Below are positions 10,252 through 22,185 of a DNA stretch of 64,000 nucleotides, in pieces. The stretch's first letter is position 1; every line of letters begins with the position of its first letter. This stretch comes from Blastocladiella emersonii ATCC 22665 (lineage: Eukaryota; Fungi; Blastocladiomycota). The stretch lies in assembly GCA_025594325.1 (NCBI GenBank), contig JANHCV010000013.1, positions 620,001 through 684,000 of the forward strand. The letters are read 5' to 3'. The position numbers and the translations under genes were made by a program. Under the pieces are notes generated by a model. That model searched no databases. It saw only the letters and a list, made by a program, of their open reading frames with translations, and was not told the origin of the DNA.

Positions 10252-12565
10252 ATGCAACTGGAAACCATGAAACACTCTATGCAACGTAAAGATCCACCGG
10301 AGCTTGGGCTGGGCAACGTGCCGCCCGAGCTCCTCGCGCAAATTCTTAAGCTGACTTATGTGCGATGCCGGATTCCCGCGGCTTCGAGCCAACTCGCCTC
10401 GGCCGTTCGCGATCCGACCACTCTCATTATCTGGGTGTTTCCTTGCTTCTTTCGGCTCTCTCGCGCTCCGGCCAGACCGGCGGCGCGGAACTTCACCACC
10501 AACACGCCCCAACACGTTTCCAAGCGCGCCGCCCACGGTCATGCGCAGCCGTCCGCTTCCTATTTTGACTTGTATTCACCCGACAGGGCGAAACCGCAGC
10601 GGGCGGCATTGCTCCTTTCGTTTGCTTCGTGCTTGTCGGGCCAACGGATGGTCTCATTTACTTCGACTAAGTCAACTTCTCAGCTCGCATCCCACCTCGT
10701 TCAATGCGGGCCTCGAGTAAGAAGCAGGCTGAGCATGACCGCTACTTTGCGCGAACCGCTTGAGGCGTTCCTTTTGGCCCTGTTTGAGGCTGCTGACGAT
10801 GTCTCGCACGCTGCTACGCTCAAGTCCATGATTGACGATGTTGTACGTGATACAGCCCGGCTTTTTGAAGTATCGCTGGCGTGGTCAGAGTGGACTTTGT
10901 ATTACCCAACGCGTTGGGATGCGTACGTACCATTTGTCAATCGATTGGCGCCATCAACGCGGCTTCGGCTCATCGATTATCTCGGTGCTCTTGCCATGCT
11001 CTCAAGGAACTGCAAGCTTTTGGACATAATTTGCGGGGTTGGCCTCGATTTGGCGCCGCTCGTCGAATTCGCCTCACTTCCGGCAGTCGCCACCAAGCTC
11101 ATGGATCGCATCACAAGGCTCAACAGTTCTGGGACTCCTTCTCCCCAGACGGCGGGCGCCGCACGCGTCCTCACTTGGCTTCTCGATAACGGCTGGAACA
11201 ACACATCACGGATGATTTTATCGACAGCGATTCTTGGTCTCGGCCCTGCTGCGTTTGTGAATGCGCTGAACAGCCACACCGAAATGGTCCTTCAGGCGCA
11301 CGGCATTGACGCAAAGAAACGGCTCTTCGAATCCACTCTCAAGTGACTTGCCAACCAACTCGTCTCAGCGCCGCAACTCGCAGCTATGCTTGATCTTGGC
11401 GCTCTTGAGCTATCTCTGGAGGATTGGGGCAGCTTTGTTGTCACCTCGTTCCTCAGCGCGAAAGTTGAGCTTTCAACTCACGACTGCTGGGGAATCTACT
11501 TTGCACGTGAACGCGTCAACGATTCGTCATGGAAAGAAGTCCTTGAACACGATACCGTTCCTTTCCCATCCGAGTTTGACAACGCACAAAACTGACTCAG
11601 TGCACCATGCACCAACTCGCTCAGCTTTTAGGCTCTCACTTAACACTAAAGCACCCCACAGTGTCGTTTGGTTTGCTCGGGAGACCTGCAGCATCGATAT
11701 GACATCCCGCTTCGCTCAAATTCTTGCAGCCTACAAATACCCGTCCGTTGGACTGACGAACTTGTTGAGCTGGGACCTTGTCGCTAACCCGCTTGATGTC
11801 CTTGCAATCGCGGCTCGCGCAATCGAGTTCCTTGGATCCAGTATGACAGACTTGTCCCTGACCTTCAATTGGACGGCTTGGATTGTCACCATCACGCTTG
11901 CCGCACCTACGACGCGAGAGAGTGCTCTCAACGTCTTGGCCGAAACAGGCACTGCGCCGTATTTTCTTGGCGCCATGTTTTGGGCCGGCATCTCAGACCT
12001 TGAGCCGTGCTTGGGTGACGCGCCCGAGATCCAAATTTGCCACGAGTGTCCTCTCATCTACCAGGAACCGTGGCGCGTCGCGCTTACCGCGCTTCTTGCG
12101 CGCTTCCCAGTTGCTTTCGCGGAGTACGATGATCACTTCTACCACAAATCAGGCGCCGACGCACAATTGTTAGCCAAGCGTCTCTCCGAATGCAGAGCGG
12201 CGGAACGAACCAACGGGTGCTGTGCCAAGTCGACCAATGATGGCCCGCTCGCAAATATGCTCGGCCAGATGTCTCGCGCAGACCCGCGGTCCATGTTCCT
12301 GTTCGTCAAACGAAGCCCACACGGTGCACGGACCCCGCTCTTGGCTTCCTTTCCCTCGGGTATCTTTGATGGCGTTGCCACTGCGTCTGAACTCGCGCGC
12401 CTCTCTTTCACTGGCGAAGGCCGCGCCGCCAAAAAACGCCATGCCCAAGCCGCTGGCGGAGACAAACCTGTGATCGACCAACTGAAGCGCCTGGCACCTG
12501 TCGCGACGAGCTGTCCAAACTTCAAGTGCGCCCTTGAAGTCATTGAGCAGAGGCTAGCCAATTAA
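10252..12565 (+). pseudogene. FBL3: F-box-like family copy, full length but with an in-frame TGA (11344) and a mutated splice donor (GT>AT at 11552)
   Basis: N-terminus LGLGNVPPELLAQILKL...LASAVRDP..W. Reading continues in frame after the TGA (LANQLVSAPQLAAMLDLGALE). Acceptor tcag at 11624 gives AFRLSL as in paralogs. C-module has CHECPLIYQEPW, GCCAKS, RADPRSMF, LKRLAPVA. Confidence 0.8.
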
Positions 12566-12593
12566 TTAGTCGACTGTGAGCCGATCACTTACC

Positions 12594-12617
12594 AATTAAT
12601 TTAATTAATTAAATTAA
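12594..12617. repeat. Pure A/T (TTAA-type) low-complexity tract
   Basis: aattaatttaattaattaaattaa in an otherwise GC-rich window. CCAATTAATT occurs at both 12558 and 12592. Confidence 0.8.
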
Positions 12618-12759
12618 GTAGATGTGTTGACAAGTCGTGGGAAAACCGTCACGATGGGCCGAAGAGCAGCAACAGGCTTTCCAGTTGTGACTGCACCAAG
12701 CGATCAGCTCCACGCCCATCCTGACTCGACTCCACTCTTTTCGTGGCGCATGAGAAACA

Positions 12760-13405
12760 GCGCAAATATCAGGCCGTTGGCTTATCAGCTCAAAATCCGT
12801 ACGTTTCAAGTTCCAAAGCTGACCGCGTTCTTTGACACATACATCGGACCCGCAGCGCTCTCAAGGCTGCCTGAACGGCGCGCGACACGAGTTGCTACTC
12901 GCCATGACCGCGGCCGCTGACGTCGCGCCCGCACCCATCGATGTCCCAGCCCTCGCCACCGCGCTACGGGGGCAGCCCGCGCCGCACCCACCCAAGCGAG
13001 TCTCTCGCTACGAACTCGCTCCTGTGCTTCCAGCTCCGCGGGCTCGCGGGCCAGCTGCCGACCCGCGTCCGTCTGCACCAGGTCTGGCCGTACCGCTACG
13101 AGACGCCCAACTGCGCCAAGTGCCTCAGAGCTGGTGTCGAGGTCGAAGACACGCAAGCGCACGCGTTCGCGTGCTCCGCCTCGCGCGCGCTCGTCCCCGC
13201 GGCGCTCGACAACGCAGCTCCCCGCATCAGCAGTGCTCTTGCGGCGGTCGCTGAGAACGAGATAGGCAGCGGTCTCCGCGCAAGCGTCGCCGGCTCGCTC
13301 GCCGAGCGGCTCCTCAACTTGAACCGCATCGAACGCACCGCGGCCGCCATCGTGGACGCGCCGCTCGTCGCGGGGTTCAAGCAGGTGTACAGCCACTTTT
13401 GCTGA
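12760..13405 (+). mobile_element. Non-LTR retrotransposon (LINE) remnant, C-terminal CCHC zinc-binding (zf-RVT-like) region
   Basis: ORF 12941-13405 contains FQLRGLAGQLPTRVRLHQVWPYRYETPNCAKC....EDTQAHAFAC, matching the F.L+..LPT...L....Y...C..C....ET..H.F.C pattern downstream of LINE RTs. No RT domain is seen. Confidence 0.65.
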
Positions 13406-13783
13406 CTCCCGGAACTGCGTTTCGTGCTTCCTGCTGCGACGGCCATCGCCTTGAGCGCCGTGCGGGAGCATTCTTGGCGCCCGCGCTGTAACATGACAGT
13501 GCTGTCTTCACCCGACGCGAGCGACCGGCCGCACCGCCCTCCGTTGAAGCGCGAAAATCGCGCTGTGCTGCGACGCGCTGTGCTGCGACGCGCAAAGCCC
13601 GTTCAAAGTGCGCCCGACCGTCCTTAGCGCGAGCGCGCCAACACAGCGCAGTCGCCCAACGTGGCGCGGGCTTGAGCCCTCAATTGAAAACCAGACGCGA
13701 AGCTTCTAGGTGGCTCAAGTATAATCCCATCCATCCCGGGAACAATCGGGCATCGCGCATCTGAGAGCGGGACGGAAACATGG

Positions 13784-13816
13784 GAGACGCGACGAACAAT
13801 CATGTGATCGGCGTGA
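13784..13816 (+). promoter_or_regulatory. Composite motif upstream of FBL4
   Basis: gagACGCGACGaacaaTCATGTGatcggCGTGA. Confidence 0.7.
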
Positions 13817-13912
13817 TCTCCCGCCGCCACAGGCGGTCCGTTTCGCCTTCACCAGAGGGGCTGCCTTTACAGCCGCGCTGGGGCCACCGCTCTCTTCGAT
13901 GAAAGTTTATCC

Positions 13913-16181
13913 ATGAAGCAAAAACGAACAAACAACTCCATGCAACGTGTTCGCCAAGCACCCCTTGGGCTTGGAGGGCTGCCGTTGTCAGCCCTCGAGC
14001 TTGTCATGCAGCTTAGCCTTGCCCGCCACATCGTCCCGGCTGCTTCGAGCCTTCTGACGGCGGCTGTTCGAGAGCCGCGAAATCTCTTCGTTTGGATGCT
14101 TCCCGACGTCTTTCCTGACCTTAAACTTTACAGGACGAGGCCTCCTGGCCAGGCGAAACTTCTCCCATCCATTGCCGCACAACTCCCGGTCCAACCGCCG
14201 TCGCTCAAGCGGGATGTCTTGCTCTGGTCCTTTGCGTCATGCTTTAGCGGCGATCGACTCGTGGCGTTTGTTTCTGACAAGTCCACCGAGCAGCTATCAG
14301 CGTTTGTGGCTTCGCGAGGCTACAATACAGCAACCAGCCTTCGGACGTTCCGCACCCTTCGAGAGCCGCTTGTGCCGTTCTTGCGAGTTCTTCTCGAAGC
14401 CGTCGCAACAGCGCGTTCAACACTCGTTGAAGTCTTAACCAACGACTTGCTCAATAATGCCCCTGGGATTCTTGATCTTACGCTCCCCTTTCGCAAGTGG
14501 CTGGCCTTACTCTCAAAGGCCGCTAAAAGCACCCTATTTCTGTCGGAACACAATCTCGACGCGTTTGGTGGGTCCTCCTCGCTTGATCTGGCCAACTGCC
14601 TCTGTACCTTTGCGATTCTTCACATGGACGATGAGCTCTTACGACCAATTCTCAAGCTTGGTCGCAGCTTGAGCCCGGCAGTAACTTTCACTTCACTCAA
14701 CCCAACGGCGACTGCGGTTCGTCTCAGGATTGCACACACCGGGTTTCCTGACAAGAGCGATGAAATCGAGGCTGTGGATCGCCGGGCCAGCGCAGCTCGT
14801 GTACTCGATTGGCTCCTTGCCCACAACTGGACCATCGACTTGCCTTCAAACATCTCCTTGATAAATAGAGTCGCTTTCCTCGGACCCAAGGTTTTATCGC
14901 GCAACATCATCCAATATCCAGAACAGATGCTTGAAAATCACACCGGCCGGCAAAAACAGGCACTTTTTCTGAACATTCGGAAGATGCTCTTGCTTGGGTT
15001 TGTTTCCGAGTCCGAGCTTGCGGCACTTGTCGATCACGGAGCATTTGAGATGTCAGTTCAGAATTGGGCCGATGTCATTGTCACTTCATTCTTCAACTCG
15101 ATCCACAACATGGAGCTGGATTGGGGAGCGAGTTTTGCGCGTGCTCGGGTCGAAACCGCGTTGTGGGATGACGTCCTCGTTGAAGGTACGGTCCGCGGAA
15201 GTTGCTTACTTGCGGCTCATTCTTTCTGACACTCACTGTGCGGTGCCCTCGCTAGCGTTTCGACTCTCGCATACGAATGCTGCTGTACAGAGCATGGTGA
15301 AGCTTGCTCGGCAAACCAGCGCGCGTGACATGATGCCTCGATTCGTAGAGATCCTCGCAGCCAGCATTAACGTCTCCAGCTCGCTTGTCAGCCTGCTTGA
15401 TTGGGATCTTATTGCGGATCTGCTTGATATCATGACGATCGTGTGCAGGACCATTGGCTTGCTTGGCGCCGAGACGGTCAACTTGAGTTCCGTCCCTCCG
15501 AAATGGACCTCATGGATCGCCGTTGTTACACTTGCTGCTCCTTCGACGCGCGCTCAGGCACTTGACGTCCTGGCCGCGACCAGCACAGCCCCGTATTTTC
15601 TTGGCGCTATGCTTTGGGCTGCCCTCGAAGACCACGAGCCGTGCACGGACTACGCGCCTGGGCTCGAAATCTGCGAGAAATGCCCGCTTTCGTACCAGCA
15701 ACCGTGGCGTGACGCACTTGGCGCACTCCTTGCCCGCTTTCCGACTGCTCTCAACGAGTACGACAACAAGTTTTTCCCAACAAAAAACCATGCCGCGGGC
15801 ATCCTTACTCGGTCCTTGGACGACGCTTCAAAGCACGAACTCAGCAACACATGCTGCGCCAAGTCCTCAGGCAGTGACAGCCCATTTGCCAACACTCTCG
15901 CTGCGATCGCTCGAGCCGACCCCCGCTCCATGTTTCAATTCTTGAAGCGGAACCGGGGAGTCGTAAACGGCTTAGTCGGCCTCCTGCCTGCGGCCATCTT
16001 TGATGGTGGTGTGGCCTCGATCTATGAGCTTGCCGAGCTCACGTTCACACGCGATGACCGAGCGAGCCTGATTTGTTCCCTCAAGCGCCTCGCGCCGGTC
16101 GCAACTAATGATTCTGCCTTTGATCACGCGTTGGCTGTGCTCGAGCGGCGCCTCAATGGTTCATTGTTTAATGCTGAGTGA
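13913..16181 (+). CDS. FBL4: intact F-box-like helical protein with Cys motif, predicted 732 aa (exons 13913-15185, 15256-16181)
   Basis: Two ORFs are joined in frame by a 70-nt gtacgg...gctag phase-1 intron (VEG|AFRLS). F-box-like LGLGGLPLSALELVMQL...VPAASSLLTAAVREPRNLFVW, plus CEKCPLSYQQPW and TCCAKS. Confidence 0.8.
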
Positions 16182-16361
16182 ACTGATACATATCAGCTCG
16201 CGGTTGCAAGCCGCTTGCAGACGCGGCGGACTCCCAAAATTAAATTGTTTGCTTTGGATATCGGCTTTTCTGTTGTTTGAATTTATATTAATATCATACT
16301 TGATGTAACGTTCAGAATGAAGGACGAACAAGGTCCCTCAGATGTCTCCGCTGTCTCTCAA

Positions 16362-16395
16362 AACACGCGACGGACATTCATGTGACCGAACGTGA
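16362..16395 (+). promoter_or_regulatory. Composite motif upstream of FBL5
   Basis: aacACGCGACGgacatTCATGTGaccgaaCGTGA. Confidence 0.7.
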
Positions 16396-16477
16396 CGCGC
16401 CACAGCGGCGATCGGGTGTCCCTTTGCGCCGCGAGCGGCTTCACACCAGCTCCCACCGCGCAGGCGAATGTAATCGA

Positions 16478-18791
16478 ATGAAGAAGAAAACGAAAGCCAA
16501 CTTGTTGCAACGTGCAGGCCCAGTGGGACTCACGCTCGAGCGCCTACCCTCGCCGCTTCTTGAACGAGTCGTCCAAATTTGCCAGCCGCGGCCCGCCGTT
16601 CCGCTTGCATCGGTCGCGCTTGCGACGGCCATCCGTGAACCGCGAGCCCTTATCGCATGGGTTCACCCGCTTCTGTTTCCGCCTGCTCGCGCACCTCAGC
16701 CCTATGGCCGTCGGGCTGCCCATTTCGCCGTATCAACGGCAGCGTCGCTCAAGGATGTACGTACCCGAACAGTTCATACCGTGATCGATGTATTCGCTAA
16801 ACAGCGGTCCAACGGTGTAGCCGTCACCGAGACGGGACGCCCTACTTCGTTCCTACGTTGCCTGCATCGGCGGTGACCGGCTTGCAGAGTTTGTTGCAGG
16901 CAAGTCCACCGAACAGCTCTCGAATTGCATTCTTGCGAATGACGGCGCGTTGCCGCTCAAAATAACCGTGACGCGCCTCATGCGAGAACCCCTCGTTCCT
17001 TTCCTTCGCGTCCTGATTGAGGCGGTCGTGACCTCTCGTGCCTCGCTTCTCAAGTACCTGATCGCCGACGTGTCAAGCAAATTGCCGCAGGTGCTAACTA
17101 TCACGCACAAGTGGCTTGAATGGCGTACTATTCAGGGTGTACAACTCACGGACGACGATCGCGGGTCAATGGGAGAGTTCCCTCTGCGCTTTATCGACTT
17201 TCTTGGCGTTTACGCCGTCATCTCGCTCGAAGACGACCTTCTTCAGGCCGTGCTGGCTTCTGGTCTTGATACGCCATCGCTCACCAAGTGCGCCTCATTC
17301 AAGCCCCCTGTAGGAGCCATTATGAACCATGCGCAGAGCCGTCGAACCCCGGGCAAACTGGCCGACACGAGCGCAGTTGCTGCGCGCAAGGCGAGCGCGG
17401 CTCGAGTCTTCAACTGGCTCCTTGACCACGGCTGGACCAACTCGTGGCAAGAATCTCGTTCGCTTGCCACGACGATTTCTGCGCTCGGACCAACGCCTCT
17501 TGCGCGCGCTTTGAAAAATCACCCGCAGCAAAGCCTCGCGGGACAGGACGCCCAACAGAAACGGTACCTTTTCGCCGAAACACGCGTCTGGCTTACCTTT
17601 TCCCGGATTACTGAGGCCGAATTTGCTACGTTTCTTGACGCTGGCGCACTCGAGCTTACTGTCGAGGACTGGAGTGATGTGGTCGTTTCCTCGTTTTTAA
17701 CGCCGAATCGCGATCATGCTGTCCCGGACTGGGGCGCCGATTTTGCTTACGAACGGGTTGATGAAGAGCTTTGGGACGAAGTTCTCGGCCATGGTTCGTA
17801 CTGACGGGATTTGTTGGATTGACAAGGACGCGAGTCTGACCCATGGCCCGATTTGCGACGTGTAGCCTTCAAAAACTCGCTCGAAAATTCTGCCATTCAT
17901 GGCGTCGTGTGGTTGGCCCGGGATACCAGCTCGCATGACTTTGTCCCGCAGTTCGCCGAAACGCTCGCTCTCAGCGAGAAAGTCGCCGACTCGCTTGAAA
18001 GGCTGCTTAACTGGGATCTCTTTGCGGATACGCTCGACGTTCTCTCAATCACGGCGCAAACGGTCGGAATGCTTGGCACGGAGGGCGCAGACCTAAGCTC
18101 GCTCTCCAAGTGGACGTCTTGGATTGTGGTCGTGGCGCTCGCGGCTTCCGCCACCCGAGATCGCGCGCTCGAAATAATTGCCAGCACGGGTACGGCACCG
18201 TACTTTCTCGGTGCCATGCTTCACACCAGCATTTCGGACCGTGAGCCGTGCTTGGACGTGGCGCCCGAGCTCGAGTTTTGCGACAAGTGTCCGCTTGTGT
18301 ACCAGCAACCGTGGCGCGACGCGCTCGCTGTTCTCTTATCGCGGTTCCCGGCCGCTTTGTCGGCATACGACAACCGCTTTTACCAGAAGTCGGCGAAGGT
18401 GACGTCCGAGCATTGGTCCCGCGTGCAGCAGGCGGCGCGGCTCGAGCTCTCAAATAATTGCTGCGCCAAGTCGGCCCCGAATGGGCCGTTGCGTGCCTTC
18501 CTTGATACACTTGCGCGAGCTGACCCGCAGTCCATGTTCCAGCTCATCAAGCGCCACCCGGGAGCTGCTCGCTACATTACGAGCTACCTGCCCGAGGCCA
18601 TCTTTGACGGTGTAGCCTCCGCTTACGATCTTGCCCAGCTCACTTACATACATTCGGATCGGGACTCCGTCATCCGCGACTTGAAGCGGCTTGCTCCCGT
18701 CGCGACTTCGGACCCGGGCTTTACTCAAGCACTGAACGTTGTTGAGCATCGCCTCAAGAATAAGTTGACCCGAACGAATGACCGATTCTAG
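16478..18791 (+). CDS. FBL5: intact F-box-like family protein, predicted 725 aa (exons 16478-16756, 16821-17793, 17866-18791)
   Basis: Introns gtacgt...gtgtag (64 nt) and gttcgt...gtgtag (72 nt) restore one frame (SLKD|PSPRRDALLRSYVACIGGDRL and GHG|AFKNSLE). All family motifs are present. The last exon is 926 nt, as in FBL4. Confidence 0.8.
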
Positions 18792-18887
18792 AGTATTTTT
18801 CTTTTGTGTTCGCTACCAACCTCGATACACACATTCTCAACGTTTTTGTCTCCCAACTCGCGAACTCGCGACAAATCGACTGAGCCC

Positions 18888-18924
18888 AAACGCACGTCTG
18901 GATTTCATGTGAGCGGCGTTGTGA
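18888..18924 (+). promoter_or_regulatory. Orphan, partly degenerate copy of the composite motif
   Basis: aaacGCACGTCTggattTCATGTGagcggcgtTGTGA. No intact gene follows. Confidence 0.45.
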
Positions 18925-19601
18925 CGTCCGACCTGATAGAGCGCAATCTCAGTTAGCTGTCAAGGAAGGGCTCATGACGATGGAGCTCTCAACTCTGAAA
19001 GAAGAGCAAGGTGATGGGCGACTCGCACGCCACGGGCTGTGTTGAACACGCGTTGTTGGTGCGTGGGCTGAGCGAGGTGGCCTCCAGCTGCAGGTTGTGG
19101 ATTCATCGAGTTCAATCACCGTTTGGAAGGTTGAATCTTGCGGTAGTGACAGATTTCAGAGATCAATCCCCTGCGGCTGTTTCGAGGCGTGCCAATTAAA
19201 AGCGAAGCAATGATTCCGGGCCAGGAAGCATTTCGATGTTTTGTATTTCTGAGCACGTTTGCTTCGTATTCGCGCTTATTTCTTCCATCTCGGCCTCGTG
19301 GAAGTGCGGATATCTCGAAGTGATGGCCGACAGGCTTGAGGCTGCTCCACACGTGATGGGTGTCGGCCAAGCTTTACGGGTCTCTGGCCATTATCGCGGT
19401 GATTATTGTGCAAGCAAAGTGACGTAAACTCCGATCAGAAACACAGTGAGAAGTCGATCTCCCCTCGTTCTCGTCTGTCTGAGCATGTTCGTCCATAGAC
19501 GCGACCGAGTACGGTCGATCGGCGTGGAGATTTTCAGCACGCGATTTTCGATCGAGTAGGAGCCAAGCGCTGCTTCACGGCGAGCGTCACTGCGCCTGTG
19601 G

Positions 19602-19637
19602 GAGACGCGTCGAGTTATCATGTGACCCGCGGCGTGA
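19602..19637 (+). promoter_or_regulatory. Composite motif upstream of FBL6
   Basis: gagACGCGTCGagttaTCATGTGacccgcggCGTGA. Confidence 0.7.
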
Positions 19638-19728
19638 TGCGCGCGGGCTTGCCGCTCGCACCTTTTCGCTCGCTCCGCGCCTGGCTCCACCCTCTCCCTC
19701 GCAAGCAGCACCCATGCAGCAGTAACCA

Positions 19729-22108
19729 ATGAACGACTCGATGCAACATGCAACCCTTGGTCTAGGCGACCTGCCTGCCGAGGTGCTCGCCGAAGTCTCA
19801 CGGCTCGCCGACTCTCGAGATTGCGTGCCGGCTTGCTCGGGCCTGCTTGCCTCGGCTGTCCGCGAGCCTCGCACTCTCAGCTTCTGGACCTATCCTTGCT
19901 ACTATCGCCTCCCTCGCTCGGGTATCCCTTCCGTCCCCACTCTTGACTACGGAGCAACCAGGGGCTCATATGGCTATGCGAGCATGAACCAGGCTTTTTC
20001 CATTCGACCAAGCTATGCCTCTGCATAAACCAGCTACCATTCCGCGATGCCAACTTATCCCTATTTGATACACCGCCCGCTGGATCAAACCGTCACGCAA
20101 GCGGCGCCCGATAATCGGCACATTCTTCTTCGCGCGTTTGCGTCCTGCGTCGGCGGGGACCGGCTGGCCGCGTTTGCGCTCGGCAAGTCGGCTACCGATC
20201 TTGTGCCACTTTGCGTACCGCCTGTTTGGGACATGCCTGTGACCCCACCGAGTCTAACAAAAGTTTTGCAGGAGCCGCTTGACCCCTTCTTTCGCGTCAT
20301 TATCGAAGCGGCCGCGGCTCCTTTGCCCGCCCTGTTCGAGTCCCTGGTGACCGAAATGGCTCGCGCGACGCCGCAGGTCTTGAGCTTGGCGCTGCCCTGG
20401 TGGCAGTGGATGTTCCTATGCCCTCACGACATGCGGCCGAGCACGTCGGGCCTCAGCGGCAACGTTTCACAAACAACGCTTCGGCTGGTTGATTTCCTTG
20501 GTGTTTTGGCCTTCCTTGGCTTGAACGATGACCTCCTTCGGGCTGTTTGCAAGTCAGGCTGCGGCTTGGCTCCACTTGTCGCGTTTGCCTCTCAAAACGA
20601 ACTGGCGTCGCTTATCGTGGGCCGGATCAAGAGTCTGGCAAACTTTTAAAATGTGCCCAAAACCAATGAAATGGTGGCCAAGTGGGCGCGCGCCGCCCGC
20701 GTTCTTGATTGGCTTCTCAGCAACAGCTGGACGGTCCCGGACGGGTGGAACGCCAATTCTTACAACAACGACAAGGCCTCCCTTGTTCGTATCATCTCGA
20801 TCCTTGGGTCCGGCGCACTGGCTCGATCCGTGACGAACCACGCGAGTGTTGTCTTGGTTGGCCACACGGTCGAGGACAAGAAGGCCTTGAGGGGTACGGT
20901 CATGCGCTGGGTTCGCGACGGGCGAATCAAGCAGGCCGAGCTGACGAATCTGTTGAGCTGCAGCGGCGCCCTCGACCTCGCGTTCCCTGACTGGTGCGAG
21001 TTCGTGGTCTCGGCCTTGGAGGGCCCGATCTTTGAGTTGTTCTACTCGCACTGGGCGGTCGATTTTGCGCGTAGCCGCGTCGCCCCTGAACAATGGGACG
21101 AGCTCCTCCTCGCTGGTACGCGCCATTCTAGATATGTTACGTGTTGTGTTGCCCCGATCCCGACTGACACCGCGTACAGCCTTCAAAACTTCACTTGAAT
21201 ATGCGGGACTCGCAGGCGTGATCTGGCTCGCGCGCCAGACTGCTTCAAGCGACTTGACCGTGGAATTCGCTCAGATTCTCGCGCGCAGCAGCTCGATGGC
21301 CAAGTCACTCGAAAACTTGCCCAACTGGCGGCTTTTCATCGACGCGCTCGACCTCCTCTCAATCATCGCTCGAGCCTTGAGCATGAACGGCGCCGAAGTG
21401 GTCGACCTGACCGAGGTCACGACCTGGACGGCGCTTATCGCCGTTGCCGCGCTTGCCGCTCCAAGCACGCGAACTCGTGCTCTCGATATCCTGGCCGAGA
21501 CGGGCTCGGCGCCGTACTTTCTCGGCGCAATCCTCTGGGCCAGCGTCGACGAGCAACACCCCTGCTCCTACTACACTACAGAGCTCCAGCTCTGCTCCGA
21601 GTGCCCACTCACTGCCCTGCTCGCCCGCTTCCCCACCGCGCTTTCCGCTTACGAAAACCGATACTACGAGGAATCGGCCTTGATCACGGGTGAATTTGTC
21701 GGCCTGTTCAAGGAGCTCCGGGATGACGAGTGCGGCAACAATTGCTGTGCCAAGCTGGTCCCGAATGGGCCGCTCCAGCACGTGTATGGGTCGGTCGCCC
21801 GCGCGGATCCGCGGTCGATGTTCCTCTTCCTCAAGCGCAACCGTGACGTAGTGGACGAGGTGATCGAGCTCCTGCCCGCGGGCATCTTTGACGGCGGCGT
21901 TGCCACTTGCTATGAGCTCGGCCAACTCGTTACGACCTCGTATGCCGGGCCGCTCGTCACGCAGCTCAAGCGCGTCGCTCCCATCGCCACGAGCCAGCCT
22001 GGCTTCTCTCAAACCGTAGAGAACATCCAGCAGAAGCTTATCGCGCGAACCGACCGCCGCAGCCACGAGGCGCACATGCAACGGATCTTTGGCAGCCGCT
22101 CGCCTTGA
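19729..22108 (+). pseudogene. FBL6: F-box-like family copy with two in-frame TAA (20026, 20647) and an in-frame deletion of the YQQPWRDAL motif
   Basis: Clearest F-box-like start (LGLGDLPAEVLAEVSRLA). Three ORFs lie in one frame, separated by TAA. Intron 21116-21179 (LAG|AFKTSLE). CSECPL runs directly into TALLARFP. The first TAA could lie in an unproven intron (19922-20101). Confidence 0.7.
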
Positions 22109-22185
22109 TTTTGGATCACCACCAACCTGTGGTTGTAACATCTAGCGTATTACATGTATTCTTCTTCATCAACTCACCCAAACGC

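Noticed and set aside
8650-20649. Alternative genetic code (TAA/TAG=Gln or TGA=Trp) to explain in-frame stops
   Set aside because: All three stops terminate normal genes here, intact paralogs FBL4/5/9 have no internal stops, and the broken copies mostly carry other lesions as well.
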